A DNA stretch of 64,000 nucleotides, from positions 10,980 through 74,979 of the forward strand of contig JAENVS010000002.1 in assembly GCA_016650445.1 (NCBI GenBank), read 5' to 3'. Positions 7,255 through 17,035 of this stretch are shown one piece after another. Both the position numbers and the translations under genes were made by a program. Every line of letters starts with the position of its first letter. Positions within the stretch are counted from its first letter, which is position 1. The DNA is from Frankiaceae bacterium. Lineage in GTDB: Bacteria; Actinomycetota; Actinomycetes; Mycobacteriales; SCTD01. Below the pieces are notes generated by a model, which searched no databases, had not been told where the DNA came from, and worked only from the letters and a program-made list of their open reading frames with translations.

Positions 7255-8525
7255 TCGCCGCCCAGCATGCGGTGCCAGGAGCCCGCGAAGTCCGGCACGG
7301 TCTTGCGCGTCGTGGCGATGTTCTCGACCTCGATGGCGTCCACGCCCAGGCCCAGCACGGCCCAGGCCATCGCGAGCCGGTGGTCGTCGTAGCTGTTCAT
7401 GACGCCACCCGTGAGCGGCCTGGGCCGCACCTCGAGGCCGTCGCTTCGCTCCCGGACGTCCCCACCGCGGGCGTTGATCTCGGTCGCGAGTGCGGCGAGG
7501 CGGTCGGTCTCCTGAAGCCTGATGTGGGCGATGCCGCGCAGGCGGCTCGGTCCGTCGGCGAGCGCGGCCAGCGCGGTGATCACGGTGGCGAGCTCGGGGG
7601 CGTCCCGCAGGTCGGTGTCGATCCCGTGCAGACCCGCTCCGGCCGACACGGTGAGGGAGGTGTCGTCCCTGGAGATCTCGGCGCCCATCGCGGCGAGCAC
7701 ATCGGGCAGCACAGCACCGGGCTGGGCGGTGTGCCGCGGCCATCCCCGCACCGTGACGGAGCCGCCGGCCACGAGCGCCGCCGCGAGGTAGGCCGCCGCT
7801 GTCGACAGGTCGGGCTCGACCGCGGCGTCCCGCGGCACGAGGGGCCCCGGCTGGACCGTCCACTCTCCGGGAGTCGCGTCGTCGACGAGCGCACCTGCAG
7901 CGCGCAGCGCCTCGACGGTCATGGCCAGGTGCGGCGCGCTGGGCAGCGGCGGGCCGTCGTGGCGCACGCGGATGCCGTCGTCGTACCGAGGTGCGCTGAG
8001 CAGGAGCCCGCTGACCAGCTGGCTGGACTCGGAGGCGTCCACGACGACGGCCCCGCCACGCAGGCCCCCGCCGCCCCGGACGGTCACGGGGAGCGCATCC
8101 ACCCGGTCCAGGTCGGCGCCGAGGTCGCGCAGGGCGGCCAGCAGCGGTCCGAGCGGTCGCAGCCGCACCCGGGGGTCGCCGTCGAACCGCACGGTGCCCT
8201 TCGCGAGGGTCGCGACCGGCGGCAGGAAGCGCGCGACCGTGCCCGCATTGCCCACGTCGACGTGGTCGGCTGCCGGCAGCAGCGGGCCGCCCACGCCGTC
8301 GACCACCCAGTCGGTGCCGTCGTCGGCGACCCCGACGCCGAGCGCGCGCAGGCCGGCTGCCATGAGCTCGGTGTCGCGGCTGCGCAGCGGCCGGCGAACG
8401 ACGGAGCGCCCGGGGGTGAGGGCGGCGAGGACGAGCGCGCGGTTGGTCACGCTCTTGGACCCCGGCAGCTCCACCACCGCGGCGAGCGGGTGCGTCGCGC
8501 GCGGTGCAGGCCACAGATCGGTCAC
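7251..8525 (-). CDS. aroA: 3-phosphoshikimate 1-carboxyvinyltransferase
   Basis: LPGSKSVTNRAL, GNAGTVARF, SSQLVSGLLL, ETDRL, DDHRLAMA. Confidence 0.97.
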   Translation of the reverse strand: MTDLWPAPRATHPLAAVVELPGSKSVTNRALVLAALTPGRSVVRRPLRSRDTELMAAGLRALGVGVADDGTDWVVDGVGGPLLPAADHVDVGNAGTVARFLPPVATLAKGTVRFDGDPRVRLRPLGPLLAALRDLGADLDRVDALPVTVRGGGGLRGGAVVVDASESSQLVSGLLLSAPRYDDGIRVRHDGPPLPSAPHLAMTVEALRAAGALVDDATPGEWTVQPGPLVPRDAAVEPDLSTAAAYLAAALVAGGSVTVRGWPRHTAQPGAVLPDVLAAMGAEISRDDTSLTVSAGAGLHGIDTDLRDAPELATVITALAALADGPSRLRGIAHIRLQETDRLAALATEINARGGDVRERSDGLEVRPRPLTGGVMNSYDDHRLAMAWAVLGLGVDAIEVENIATTRKTVPDFAGSWHRMLGGE

Positions 8526-8605
8526 TCGCTCAGTCTCCCAGGTGACATCGGCGACAGGCTGTAACCGGAATCCGGACATCTCGGTCGTGAAGTCACGCGT
8601 TGTAG

Positions 8606-8631
8606 TCAAGGATTCGCCCGAACCCGCCGAG
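8606..8631 (+). promoter_or_regulatory. sigma28 (FliA/WhiG)-type promoter
   Basis: TCAAG-N15-GCCGAG, ending 8 nt before the ATG. Confidence 0.5.
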
Positions 8632-8639
8632 GGGACAGC

Positions 8640-9500
8640 ATGCGCCTTCCGCTCACGTCCCCCGCGCTCCGTCGACTGCTGGCCGCTCTTGCGCTCGGTG
8701 CGACCGCCGCGGCGGGGCCCGTCCCAGCCGCGACGGCCGTCGCCGGCGGCCTGGCAGAGGGTCGCGACGTCGCGCCCGTCGTCGTCTCCGTAGGCGCCGA
8801 GAGCGCCGCGCACTGGATCCCCGCCCCGCGCCGCCGCCTGGCCACCCCGACGCTCAGCACCAGCGCGACGGTCGTGTCCGCGCCCGTCGTCGCCGCTGCA
8901 CCGAACCTCACCCCCGCGCACGCGGGCAGCTACAGCTTCATGGCCGAGCCGACCGCCGGCGACCCGATCCGCTGGGACGCCTGCGGCACCGTGCACTGGG
9001 TCTTCAACCCCGCCAACGCCCCGGCCGGTGGGCTCGCCGCGGTGCAGAGCGCCGTCGCCAGGGTCTCCAGCGCGACCGGACTGCACTTCGCGTACGACGG
9101 AACGACCACGGCGGTCCCCAGCGGCGCCTACCTCGATGGCCAGAGCGGCGTGACCGGGTTCAAGCCGCTGCTCATCGGGTGGAGCACCGCGTCGGCGTCG
9201 AGCCTGCTGGCGAACCAGCCGGCCAACCTGGTCGGCATGAACCAGACGATCTGGGCCCGTCCGGCGACCGGGGCGACCCACATCGTCAGCGGCGTCGTCG
9301 CCCTCAACGCCGGTGTGAAGGCAGCGACGACCGGCGGCAACTCGTGGTTCACGTTCGCGCTGCACGAGCTCGCTCACGGGGTGGGCCTCGGCCACACCTC
9401 CGACGCGACGCAGATCATGGCGCCGACGATCCCGGCGGCGGCCACGGACTTCGGCAGTGGTGACCTGGCCGGCCTGGCGAAGCTCGGCGGCACCTGCTGA
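8640..9500 (+). CDS. Secreted matrixin-family (M10) zinc metalloprotease
   Basis: Signal peptide; PIRWDAC; HELAHGVGLGH zinc motif; Met-turn QIMAP. Confidence 0.9.
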   Translation: MRLPLTSPALRRLLAALALGATAAAGPVPAATAVAGGLAEGRDVAPVVVSVGAESAAHWIPAPRRRLATPTLSTSATVVSAPVVAAAPNLTPAHAGSYSFMAEPTAGDPIRWDACGTVHWVFNPANAPAGGLAAVQSAVARVSSATGLHFAYDGTTTAVPSGAYLDGQSGVTGFKPLLIGWSTASASSLLANQPANLVGMNQTIWARPATGATHIVSGVVALNAGVKAATTGGNSWFTFALHELAHGVGLGHTSDATQIMAPTIPAAATDFGSGDLAGLAKLGGTC

Positions 9501-9528
9501 GGCAGGCAATCGCACCTATCCTGACCGC

Positions 9529-10059
9529 ATGCGCCGCTCTGCACCGATCCTCGCCGGCGTCGCTCTGCTGCTGCTGACTGCCTGCTCGGGCGGCAGTGAG
9601 CCGCAGGCCCTGCCCTCGCCGGTGCCGACGTTCGCGGCCCCGTCGCCGTCCCCCTTGCCGACGTGCGCCCCCGCGCCGAACACGACCTACTCCTGGCCCA
9701 AGCAGATCCCCCAGGACCTGCCGAAGATCCCGGGTGCGGTGATCGAGTCGACCCGGCAGACCCAGGACGGTCTGTTCATCGTCCTGTTCTCCACGAAGGC
9801 CTCGCTGCGCGATGGTGTGCTGTTCATCGTGAAGAAGCTGCCACCCGCCGGGTTCGTCCTTGGGCGCGGTGACGCAGAGGCGTCCGAGGCGGACGCGCCG
9901 TTCAACAAGGGGGACCTGCGCGGCGTGCTGCGCGGCGCGGCCGTGGCGTTGTGTGAGACGAAGTGGGTGCTGGCGGTGACGCGACAGAGCCGGAGCACGG
10001 GCACGCCGCTGCTCCCGGCCCACACCGGCCCGTCGCCCTCGCCACTGCCGTTCGGCTGA
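9529..10059 (+). CDS. Hypothetical lipoprotein
   Basis: MRRSAPILAGVALLLLTAC lipobox; TATCCT -10 six nt upstream. Confidence 0.7.
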   Translation: MRRSAPILAGVALLLLTACSGGSEPQALPSPVPTFAAPSPSPLPTCAPAPNTTYSWPKQIPQDLPKIPGAVIESTRQTQDGLFIVLFSTKASLRDGVLFIVKKLPPAGFVLGRGDAEASEADAPFNKGDLRGVLRGAAVALCETKWVLAVTRQSRSTGTPLLPAHTGPSPSPLPFG

Positions 10060-10088
10060 GGGCGGCCCGCACGCACTAGGGTCCGCGC

Positions 10089-11015
10089 GTGGATCCCGGC
10101 GTGCTGCTGCAGGCACTCGTCGGTGGGCTCGCGACGGGTGCCGTCCTGGGCCTGGTCGCCCTCGGCTTCACGCTCATCGCGGGCACGGTGCGGGTGCTGC
10201 ACCTGGCTCACGGTGACCTCGTCGTGGCCGCCGTGTTCACCGGGGTTCTGGTGGTTCTCGGCCGTACGCCGGTCGCGACGACGCTCGACCCCGGCCCCGC
10301 CCTCGGCTTCGCGCTGCTCGTCCTCGCCGCGGGTGCCGTGCTCTCCGGAGCCGTCGGGTGGCTCGCGGTCCGGCCGCACCTGCCGGACGTCGCCTCCGGC
10401 CGCCAGGGCGACGCCCTGGGGTGGGTCGCCGCGCTCGTCGCTGCCGGGCTCTTGCTGCGCGAGGTCCTGGGGGTGCTGCTCCCGCAGGAGGCGTACGCCG
10501 TCCCGGACCCGCTGCGGCTCGACGCCCTGAGCGCCACCGGCGTCTTCTCGCTGCCCGGGGGCGGGTCGCTGCCGGCGCGTGTCCCGGCGGTTCTCGTGAT
10601 CGCCCTGGTGGTCGGCGTGACCGCCGAGCGGGTGCTCGTGCGAAGCCGGTTCGGCAAGGCGCTGCGCGCGGTCGCGGACGACCCGGACGCGGCTGCCCTG
10701 TGCGGCATCCCGGCCAGGCGCGTCGTACTCACCGCGTTCGTCGCCGCGGGCCTCCTCGCCGGCATCGCTGGGCTGCTGGACGCGCCTGGCCGCGCGATCG
10801 GCGTCGACGACGGGGTCGTCCTCGGACTGGCGGGGATCGGTGCCGCGCTGCTCGGCGGACTCGGGTCCCTACGCGGCGCGCTCGCCGGCGGTCTGGTCGT
10901 GGGAGTTGCGCAGTCGCTTGCGGTCACGTCGCTGGGGGCGGAGTACGCCGACGTCGTACCGCTGGGTCTGGTCGTCGTCCTGCTCGCCGTACGTCCGCTG
11001 GGGTTGCGCCGGTGA
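10089..11015 (+). CDS. livH: Branched-chain amino acid ABC permease (LivH-like)
   Basis: GLVALGFTLI...LAHGD; RSRFGKALRAVADDPDAAALCGI; GGLGS. Confidence 0.85.
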   Translation: MDPGVLLQALVGGLATGAVLGLVALGFTLIAGTVRVLHLAHGDLVVAAVFTGVLVVLGRTPVATTLDPGPALGFALLVLAAGAVLSGAVGWLAVRPHLPDVASGRQGDALGWVAALVAAGLLLREVLGVLLPQEAYAVPDPLRLDALSATGVFSLPGGGSLPARVPAVLVIALVVGVTAERVLVRSRFGKALRAVADDPDAAALCGIPARRVVLTAFVAAGLLAGIAGLLDAPGRAIGVDDGVVLGLAGIGAALLGGLGSLRGALAGGLVVGVAQSLAVTSLGAEYADVVPLGLVVVLLAVRPLGLRR

Positions 11016-12703
11016 GTGCCGTCGAGCTGGCTCAGGCACTGTGGCTGCTGGTCGCGGCTCTCGGGCTCGCCCTGTCGGTGCAGCACGCGGGTCTGCCGGT
11101 CCTGGGCCAGGGCGCCTTCGTCGCCGTGGGCGGTGTCGGCACGGCGCTGCTCGGCCCGGGTGGCAGGGGCTGGCCCCTGCTGGTCGCTGCCCTCGTGTCG
11201 ATCCTCGCCGCGGCGGTGCTCGGGCACCTCGTCGCGCTCGCCGCGAGCCGGCTCGAGGGCGCCTATCTGGCGCTCGCGACGTGGGCGCTGGCGTGGCTGG
11301 TCTACCGGATGATGCTGGCGTTCCCCTCGACCTTCGGCGGAGCGCAGGGGCTGGTCCGGCAGTCGCCGGCGCATCTGGTCTCGCCGTGGCTGGGGCTCGA
11401 CCTGACCCTGACACCCGCGGTCCATGTCGTGGTCGCCGCGGTGACGTGCGCGCTCGTCGTCGTGGCGGGCATCCGCATGACACGCGGGCCGGCCGGCCTC
11501 GATCTCGCCGCTCTGCGCGAGGGGCCGGAGCTGGCCGCGTCGCTCGGCATCCCGGTGGCCGCGCGCCGTCGCGCTGTCCTGACCGTCACCGCGGCGCTCG
11601 GTGCGCTGTCCGGTGCCGGCACGGTCGTGCTCCTGGGACTGGTCGCGCCGGCCGACGTCAGCCCGCTGCTGTCGCTGCAGCTGTTCGTCGCCGTCCTCGT
11701 CGGCGGTACGACGTCGTGGTGGGGACCAGCCCTCGGCGTTGCGCTGCTGACGGCCCTGCCGCACGTCGCGGACGCGCTGCCCGGCGACGCCGAACGAGGA
11801 CGCGGAGTGCTCACCGCGGCGCTGCTCGTCGTCGTGCTTCTCGTCCGCCGGGTACTGGCGCAGGGCCGGCGCACCGCGGCCGCCGCGCCGCGCGGCGCCG
11901 CGGTGCCGGATCTGCCGCACCCGGTCCGCGACGCCGACACGGTGCTGCTGCGCGCCCGAAGCATCACGGCGTCGTACGGGTCGTTGCGCGCCCTCGACGG
12001 TGTCACGCTGGAGCTGTGGAGCGGCCACGTGCACGCCCTCATCGGCCCGAACGGCTCGGGGAAGTCCACGCTCATCAAGGTCCTGTCCGGCGAGCTCGAG
12101 CCCGACAGCGGTGAGGTCGAGGTGCGCGGAACCACCATGACCGCTCCGGGGCCGGAGCAGCGCGTGCTCGAAGGGGTTGCGGCCACACCGCAGCGCACGA
12201 TCATCCTGCCCGGGTTGACGCCGGAACGGCAGGTCGCGGTTGGGCTGCGCGGGGGCTCGCGACCGCGTCAGGCGGTGCTGCGGCACCTGCTGGCGACGCC
12301 GTCGTCGCGCGTCGCCGCGCGACGGACGGCATCGTTGGTCGCCGAGCTCCTTCGGGAGACGCGGCTCACGCCGGTCGCGAGGCTGGACCCCGCGGAGCTC
12401 ACCGTCGGCGAGCAGCGCATCCTGCAGATCGCGCGCGCACTGGCCACCGGCGCCCGTGTTCTGCTGCTCGACGAGCCCGCGGCCGGCATGTCCTCCGACG
12501 AGCGGACCACGTTGCGGCACGTCCTTCGGCGGCTGGCGGGGAACGGCATCGCCGTGCTGCTCGTCGAGCACGACATGACGCTCGTCAACGCAGTGGCCGA
12601 CCACGTCACGGTTCTCGATGCCGGTCAGGTGATCGCCACTGGTCGACCCAGTGAGGTGCGAGCCGACCCCGCGGTTCAGCGCGCCTATCTTGGGACCCCA
12701 TGA
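11012..12703 (+). CDS. Fused LivM-like permease + LivG-like ATPase
   Basis: LGQGAFVAVG, YLALATWA, VLVGG, then GPNGSGKST, LLLDEPAAG, LVEHDM, VQRAYLG. Confidence 0.85.
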   Translation: MSAVELAQALWLLVAALGLALSVQHAGLPVLGQGAFVAVGGVGTALLGPGGRGWPLLVAALVSILAAAVLGHLVALAASRLEGAYLALATWALAWLVYRMMLAFPSTFGGAQGLVRQSPAHLVSPWLGLDLTLTPAVHVVVAAVTCALVVVAGIRMTRGPAGLDLAALREGPELAASLGIPVAARRRAVLTVTAALGALSGAGTVVLLGLVAPADVSPLLSLQLFVAVLVGGTTSWWGPALGVALLTALPHVADALPGDAERGRGVLTAALLVVVLLVRRVLAQGRRTAAAAPRGAAVPDLPHPVRDADTVLLRARSITASYGSLRALDGVTLELWSGHVHALIGPNGSGKSTLIKVLSGELEPDSGEVEVRGTTMTAPGPEQRVLEGVAATPQRTIILPGLTPERQVAVGLRGGSRPRQAVLRHLLATPSSRVAARRTASLVAELLRETRLTPVARLDPAELTVGEQRILQIARALATGARVLLLDEPAAGMSSDERTTLRHVLRRLAGNGIAVLLVEHDMTLVNAVADHVTVLDAGQVIATGRPSEVRADPAVQRAYLGTP

Positions 12704-13926
12704 GACCGAGGACGGCGGTGCTCCACCGGCTGCTGCTCGTGGTGCTCGTCTGCGCCGCAGCGGCCTGCTCCGGGAGCGACGCCGCGTCCTCGAAGAACGG
12801 CGAGGTGCTGATCGTCGTGTCCGCGCCACTGACGGCGCAGCCGTGGATCGGCCGGTTCGCCGAGCGGGGCGCGAAGCTCGCCGCCCAGGAGCTCAACGCC
12901 GATGGCGGGGTCGAGGGAAAGAAGGTCGTGGTCTCGGTCCTCGACAACGGCGGGTCACCGCAGCGTGCCGTCGCCAACGCGCGCACCGCGGTCGCGCAGG
13001 GCGCGGCGGCACTCATCATCGACGGCGTCGGCGCCGTGGCTACAGCTGACGTGACCGACCCGGTGTCGCTGCCCGTCTTCATGGTGTTCGAAGGCGGTGC
13101 CTCGCTCGTCGACGCGACCCAGCGCCCGACCCTGTTCAGGATGGCGCCGGCCAACAAGCCCATGGCCACCAGGCTCTCCGACTACATGTCGGAGAAGTAC
13201 AAGGTCGTCGCGCTGCTCGCGGACGACTCGACCTACGGACGCGAAGGCGCCGTCCAGTCACGTATCGCCTTCACACGCAACGAGATCCGGGTCGCCTCCG
13301 ACAAGACCGTTCCCGAGGGGGCGAGCGACGTCGCGACGCAGGTGCTCGACGCCCGGCGGGCGGGTGCCCAGGCGCTCGTCGTGTGGACTCGCGCGACAGG
13401 TCTCGCGGCCGCGATGCGGGCAGCCCGGTCCAGTGGCTGGGACGTGCCGATCTACAGCGGGCCGACCGGTGAGGACCCACTCGTCCGGCAGCGGCTGGCG
13501 GACCACCCCGAGTGGGTGGAGGGCCTGACGTTCGTGTCGTTCCGCATCACGAGCGAGACCGGGCCGGCGCCGTTCGCGGCGTACCGCAAGGCCTACGTGA
13601 AGGCCTTCGGCGAGGACGAGGTCGGTGTGACCGCTGGTGGCCGACGGGTCCTCATGCCGCCGGACTGGTCGATGTACTCCTACGACTCGGTGAAGCTCGT
13701 CGCCGCGGTGCTGAAGAACTCCGGCGGCAAGCTGGGTGGGCCGTTCATGGACGCGATGGAGCGGACCGTCATCACCGGTGCCAACGGCGACGAGCGCGGG
13801 TTCGGTGCCGAGGACCGCGAGGGCGTCAGCCCGGATGACATGTACTTCGGCGTGTTCAAGGACATGCGGTTCGCCTCGGTCACCGACGACATCCTCTCGA
13901 CCAACCTCCCCGTCGTCGAGCAGTAG
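12700..13926 (+). CDS. ABC substrate-binding lipoprotein (LivJ/Peripla_BP_6)
   Basis: Lipobox AAAC; ELNADGGVEGKK, LFRMAP, DDSTYG. Confidence 0.85.
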   Translation: MRPRTAVLHRLLLVVLVCAAAACSGSDAASSKNGEVLIVVSAPLTAQPWIGRFAERGAKLAAQELNADGGVEGKKVVVSVLDNGGSPQRAVANARTAVAQGAAALIIDGVGAVATADVTDPVSLPVFMVFEGGASLVDATQRPTLFRMAPANKPMATRLSDYMSEKYKVVALLADDSTYGREGAVQSRIAFTRNEIRVASDKTVPEGASDVATQVLDARRAGAQALVVWTRATGLAAAMRAARSSGWDVPIYSGPTGEDPLVRQRLADHPEWVEGLTFVSFRITSETGPAPFAAYRKAYVKAFGEDEVGVTAGGRRVLMPPDWSMYSYDSVKLVAAVLKNSGGKLGGPFMDAMERTVITGANGDERGFGAEDREGVSPDDMYFGVFKDMRFASVTDDILSTNLPVVEQ

Positions 13927-13937
13927 CGGCAGCAGCC

Positions 13938-14624
13938 ATGTGCGGGCGCTACGCGAGCAGCGCGAACCCGGACGACCTCGCGTCGTACTTCACGGTGGAG
14001 GAGCCGCCCGAGGAGGTGCTGCCTGCGTCGTACAACGTTGCTCCGACCGATCCCGTCTACGTCGTCATGGAGCGGCACGAGAAGCGCCAGCTGCGGGTCG
14101 TGCGATGGGGGCTCGTGCCGTCGTGGGCGAAGGACGCCAAGGGCGGTGCGCGGTTCATCAATGCGCGCCGCGAGACGGTCGCGGAGAAGCCGGCGTTTCG
14201 CGCGGCCTATTCGCGCCGGCGATGCCTCGTTCCGGCCGACGGCTACTACGAGTGGCAGGTGCAGGGACCGCACAAGCAGCCGTGGTTCCTGGCCGCGCGC
14301 GACCGCTCGCCGCTGGCGATGGCGGGGCTGTACGAGGTCTGGAAGGCGCCGGACGAGACGCTGCTCTGGACCTGCACGATCCTGACCACGGACGCGCCCG
14401 ACGAGCTCGGTCAGATCCACGACCGCACGCCGCTCCTGGTGCCCAAGAACGACTGGGCGAGGTGGCTCGACCCGTCGGTCGAGGACCCGGGCCCGGACCT
14501 CCTCGTCCCGGGTACGCCGGGCTTTCTCGACGCCTGGCCGGTGTCGAAGGCCGTCGGCAACGTGAAGAACAACGGCCCCGAGCTCGTCGAGCCGCAGGCC
14601 GTCGAGGACGCGCCCCTGTTCTGA
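13938..14624 (+). CDS. SOS response-associated peptidase (SRAP/HMCES)
   Basis: MCGRY N-terminus, YNVAPT, WGLVPSW, INARRET, DGYYEW, IHDR. Confidence 0.95.
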   Translation: MCGRYASSANPDDLASYFTVEEPPEEVLPASYNVAPTDPVYVVMERHEKRQLRVVRWGLVPSWAKDAKGGARFINARRETVAEKPAFRAAYSRRRCLVPADGYYEWQVQGPHKQPWFLAARDRSPLAMAGLYEVWKAPDETLLWTCTILTTDAPDELGQIHDRTPLLVPKNDWARWLDPSVEDPGPDLLVPGTPGFLDAWPVSKAVGNVKNNGPELVEPQAVEDAPLF

Positions 14625-15890
14625 TCAGCTACGGCGCCAGACCGCGGTTCCGGCGGCGAACAGCAGGGCGACAGCCGCCAGCACGATGGCGATCGGACCG
14701 GGTCTCGGGTGCAGCACGGGTCGCGCGGCTGACACCGTGTCCGGCGGCGTGAACGCGTAGCGGAACACGGTCGACCCGGTGCCGGGCAGGTCGGCACCGA
14801 GGTAGGGCGAGTACGACGAGGCCCGCGCGCCGGTGGCTGCCGTGGCGACGAGCAGGTCGAGGGCGGCCCGCCGCTCCGCAAGCGGCGGCTTCGACCGCGA
14901 CCACGCGGCCCACGACGGCAGGTCGCGTGGCGGAGCGAGAACGCGTTCGTCCAGCGCCGGCACGACGTTGAGATCCAGCCGCAGCGTGCCCGCGCCGTCG
15001 ACCTCGGCTGCGAGCTCGACGGTGCGGAGCTCGGCGGTGAGTGTGCCCGCGACGACGCCACCGTCGGGCAGGGCCGTGACCCCGGGCCCGGTCACCTTGG
15101 CCGCAGCGCCGGTCACGCGCAACGAGCCGCTGATGTGCAGCGGGACCGACTGAGTCCCCTGGCGCCGCGCGGGTCCGCTGACGTCCAGCGTCTTCGGGAG
15201 TGTCGTCTCGGTGGTGGGCAGCCGCGGACCGGGCGGAGCCTTGGCGGTGCGCAGCGCCAGGTCCAGCGGTCCAGCGAGGACGGCCGCGTCGGCGTCGCTG
15301 CCCGTCGGGAGCTCGGCCGGCTGGGCGGTCCGGTTCTCCAGGACGACGCGGACCGTGCCGGGGCCAGGAAGCTGCCCTCCGGGTGCCAGCGGCTGCGGGC
15401 CGTCGCCGCCGTCGAAGCTGACGGTCGCGCGCAGCGGGAGCCGCTCGGCCTCGAGCCCCGCATCGAGGGTGAGGCGGGCGCCGAGCTTGCGGTTCCCTGG
15501 CGTGAAGCCCTGGAAGACGACCGCGCCGAACTTCGTGTTCGGGGGGTCGGAGTCCGGCACCAGCCCGACGGCGGCGCGAGCCGGCCCGCGCTCCCGGATC
15601 ACGTAGTCACCGACCTTGGTCAGCAGCAGGCGCTGCTCCAGCAGTACGCGATGGGGAGTCCCTGCGCCGTCGACTCCCACCAGCACGACCTCGTCGTTGA
15701 CGACCGGCCCGGGCACCGACGACGCCTTGCACCGGTCCGGCAGCGCGCCGACGACCTTGTTGCAGACGAGCGCGAGCTCCTGCGCGCGCGAGGCGCCCGG
15801 CACCGGGAGCTCTATCGTGGCGGCGTACGCCGGTGCTGCCGAGGCCAGGACGGCCGTCAGCGCAAGCGTGACCGCCGTGACCCTTTGCAC
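14625..15890 (-). CDS. Hypothetical secreted protein with C-terminal membrane anchor
   Basis: Signal peptide (AYA), C-terminal TM + WRRS; no family recognised. Confidence 0.65.
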   Translation of the reverse strand: MQRVTAVTLALTAVLASAAPAYAATIELPVPGASRAQELALVCNKVVGALPDRCKASSVPGPVVNDEVVLVGVDGAGTPHRVLLEQRLLLTKVGDYVIRERGPARAAVGLVPDSDPPNTKFGAVVFQGFTPGNRKLGARLTLDAGLEAERLPLRATVSFDGGDGPQPLAPGGQLPGPGTVRVVLENRTAQPAELPTGSDADAAVLAGPLDLALRTAKAPPGPRLPTTETTLPKTLDVSGPARRQGTQSVPLHISGSLRVTGAAAKVTGPGVTALPDGGVVAGTLTAELRTVELAAEVDGAGTLRLDLNVVPALDERVLAPPRDLPSWAAWSRSKPPLAERRAALDLLVATAATGARASSYSPYLGADLPGTGSTVFRYAFTPPDTVSAARPVLHPRPGPIAIVLAAVALLFAAGTAVWRRS

Positions 15891-15978
15891 ATCGGCAGGC
15901 TAGATGCTGTCCGTCCACGCGTGCCCGCGCCGCGGAAGGGCAGAGTGACTGTTACACCAACGATCGAGGAGCACCCCC

Positions 15979-16329
15979 GTGGACGTGCAGGACGCCCGCC
16001 AGCAGCTCGAGCAGATGCTGCATGAGCTCGACACCGCGACGACGACGCTCGAGAGCGAGGGCGCGGGAGACAACGCGGAGCTCAGCCACGTCGACCAGCA
16101 CCCGGCGGACAACGCGAGCGACCTCGTCGACCAGGACCGCGAGAACGCGCTGCTCGAGGCGGCAGACACCCAGCGGGCCCAGATCCGCGCCGCGCTCGCG
16201 CGGATCGACGACGGCACGTACGGCACCTGCACCGACTGCGGCGCCGCGATCAGCGAGGCGCGGCTGTCCGTCCGGCCCGAGGCCGCCCGGTGCGTGGAGT
16301 GCCAGTCGAAGGCGGAAGACGCCGCCTGA
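15979..16329 (+). CDS. TraR/DksA C4-type zinc-finger protein
   Basis: HPADNASD; ALARIDDGTYGTCTDCG..I...RL..RPEAARCVEC. Confidence 0.9.
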   Translation: MDVQDARQQLEQMLHELDTATTTLESEGAGDNAELSHVDQHPADNASDLVDQDRENALLEAADTQRAQIRAALARIDDGTYGTCTDCGAAISEARLSVRPEAARCVECQSKAEDAA

Positions 16330-16338
16330 CCCCCCGCT

Positions 16339-16404
16339 CCTTGATCATCGGCGAGCTACCTGTATCCCAAGGCGCTGATGCGGACAGCTCGCCGTTGATC
16401 ATGG
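16339..16404. repeat. Intergenic long inverted repeat (REP/MITE-like)
   Basis: CCTTGATCATCGGCGAGCT ... AGCTCGCCGTTGATCATGG, 17/19 complementary. Confidence 0.7.
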
Positions 16405-16420
16405 GCTTGTGGGTCGGACG

Positions 16421-17035
16421 ATGAGCGAAATGCGGGAGGTCGAGACTCCTCGCGGGCCGGCGCGGGTGCACCTGGACCCGGGGGAGCGCGGGTTGCTCGT
16501 GCTGGGGCATGGCGCGGGCGGTGGTCCGGAGGCGCCGGACCTGCTCGCCGCGAGAGAGGGCGCGCTGGCAGCGGGCTTGTCGGTGGCACGCGTGGAGCAG
16601 CCGTGGCGGGTGGCCGGGAAACGAGTGGCCGAGGCGGCACCCAAGCTGGATGAAGCCTGGCTCGCTGTCATTGCGCAGTTGCAGTACGACGGCACCCTGG
16701 TCCTCGGTGGTCGCAGCAGTGGCGCCCGGGTGGCGTGCCGTACGGCGACAGAGCTACGAGCCAGCGCCGTACTCGCACTGGCCTTTCCCCTTGTGCCACC
16801 GGGAAGAGCGACCAGTCGGGCGCACGAGCTCGCGCTGCCCACGGTGCCGCGCCTCGTCGTACAAGGACGTCGTGACACCTTCGGCCTGCCGGCCGAGAGC
16901 GACGGCGTTTCCCTGCACGTCGTCGACGGGGCGGACCACTCGTTCGCTGTACGACGGCAGGACGGGCGCACCCGCAGTGAGGTGCTGACCGAGGTGCGCG
17001 AGACCGTGCGGGACTGGCTTCAGACCGTCACGTAG
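16421..17035 (+). CDS. Alpha/beta hydrolase (KANL3/Tex30-like)
   Basis: LGHGAGGG, GGRSSGARVA, LAFPL, QGRRDTFG, ADHSF. Confidence 0.85.
   Translation: MSEMREVETPRGPARVHLDPGERGLLVLGHGAGGGPEAPDLLAAREGALAAGLSVARVEQPWRVAGKRVAEAAPKLDEAWLAVIAQLQYDGTLVLGGRSSGARVACRTATELRASAVLALAFPLVPPGRATSRAHELALPTVPRLVVQGRRDTFGLPAESDGVSLHVVDGADHSFAVRRQDGRTRSEVLTEVRETVRDWLQTVT

Noticed and set aside
8617..8628. CCCGAACCCGCC resembling the 3' end of a c-di-AMP (ydaO) riboswitch
   Set aside because: The remaining conserved blocks are absent; better explained as a sigma28 promoter spacer
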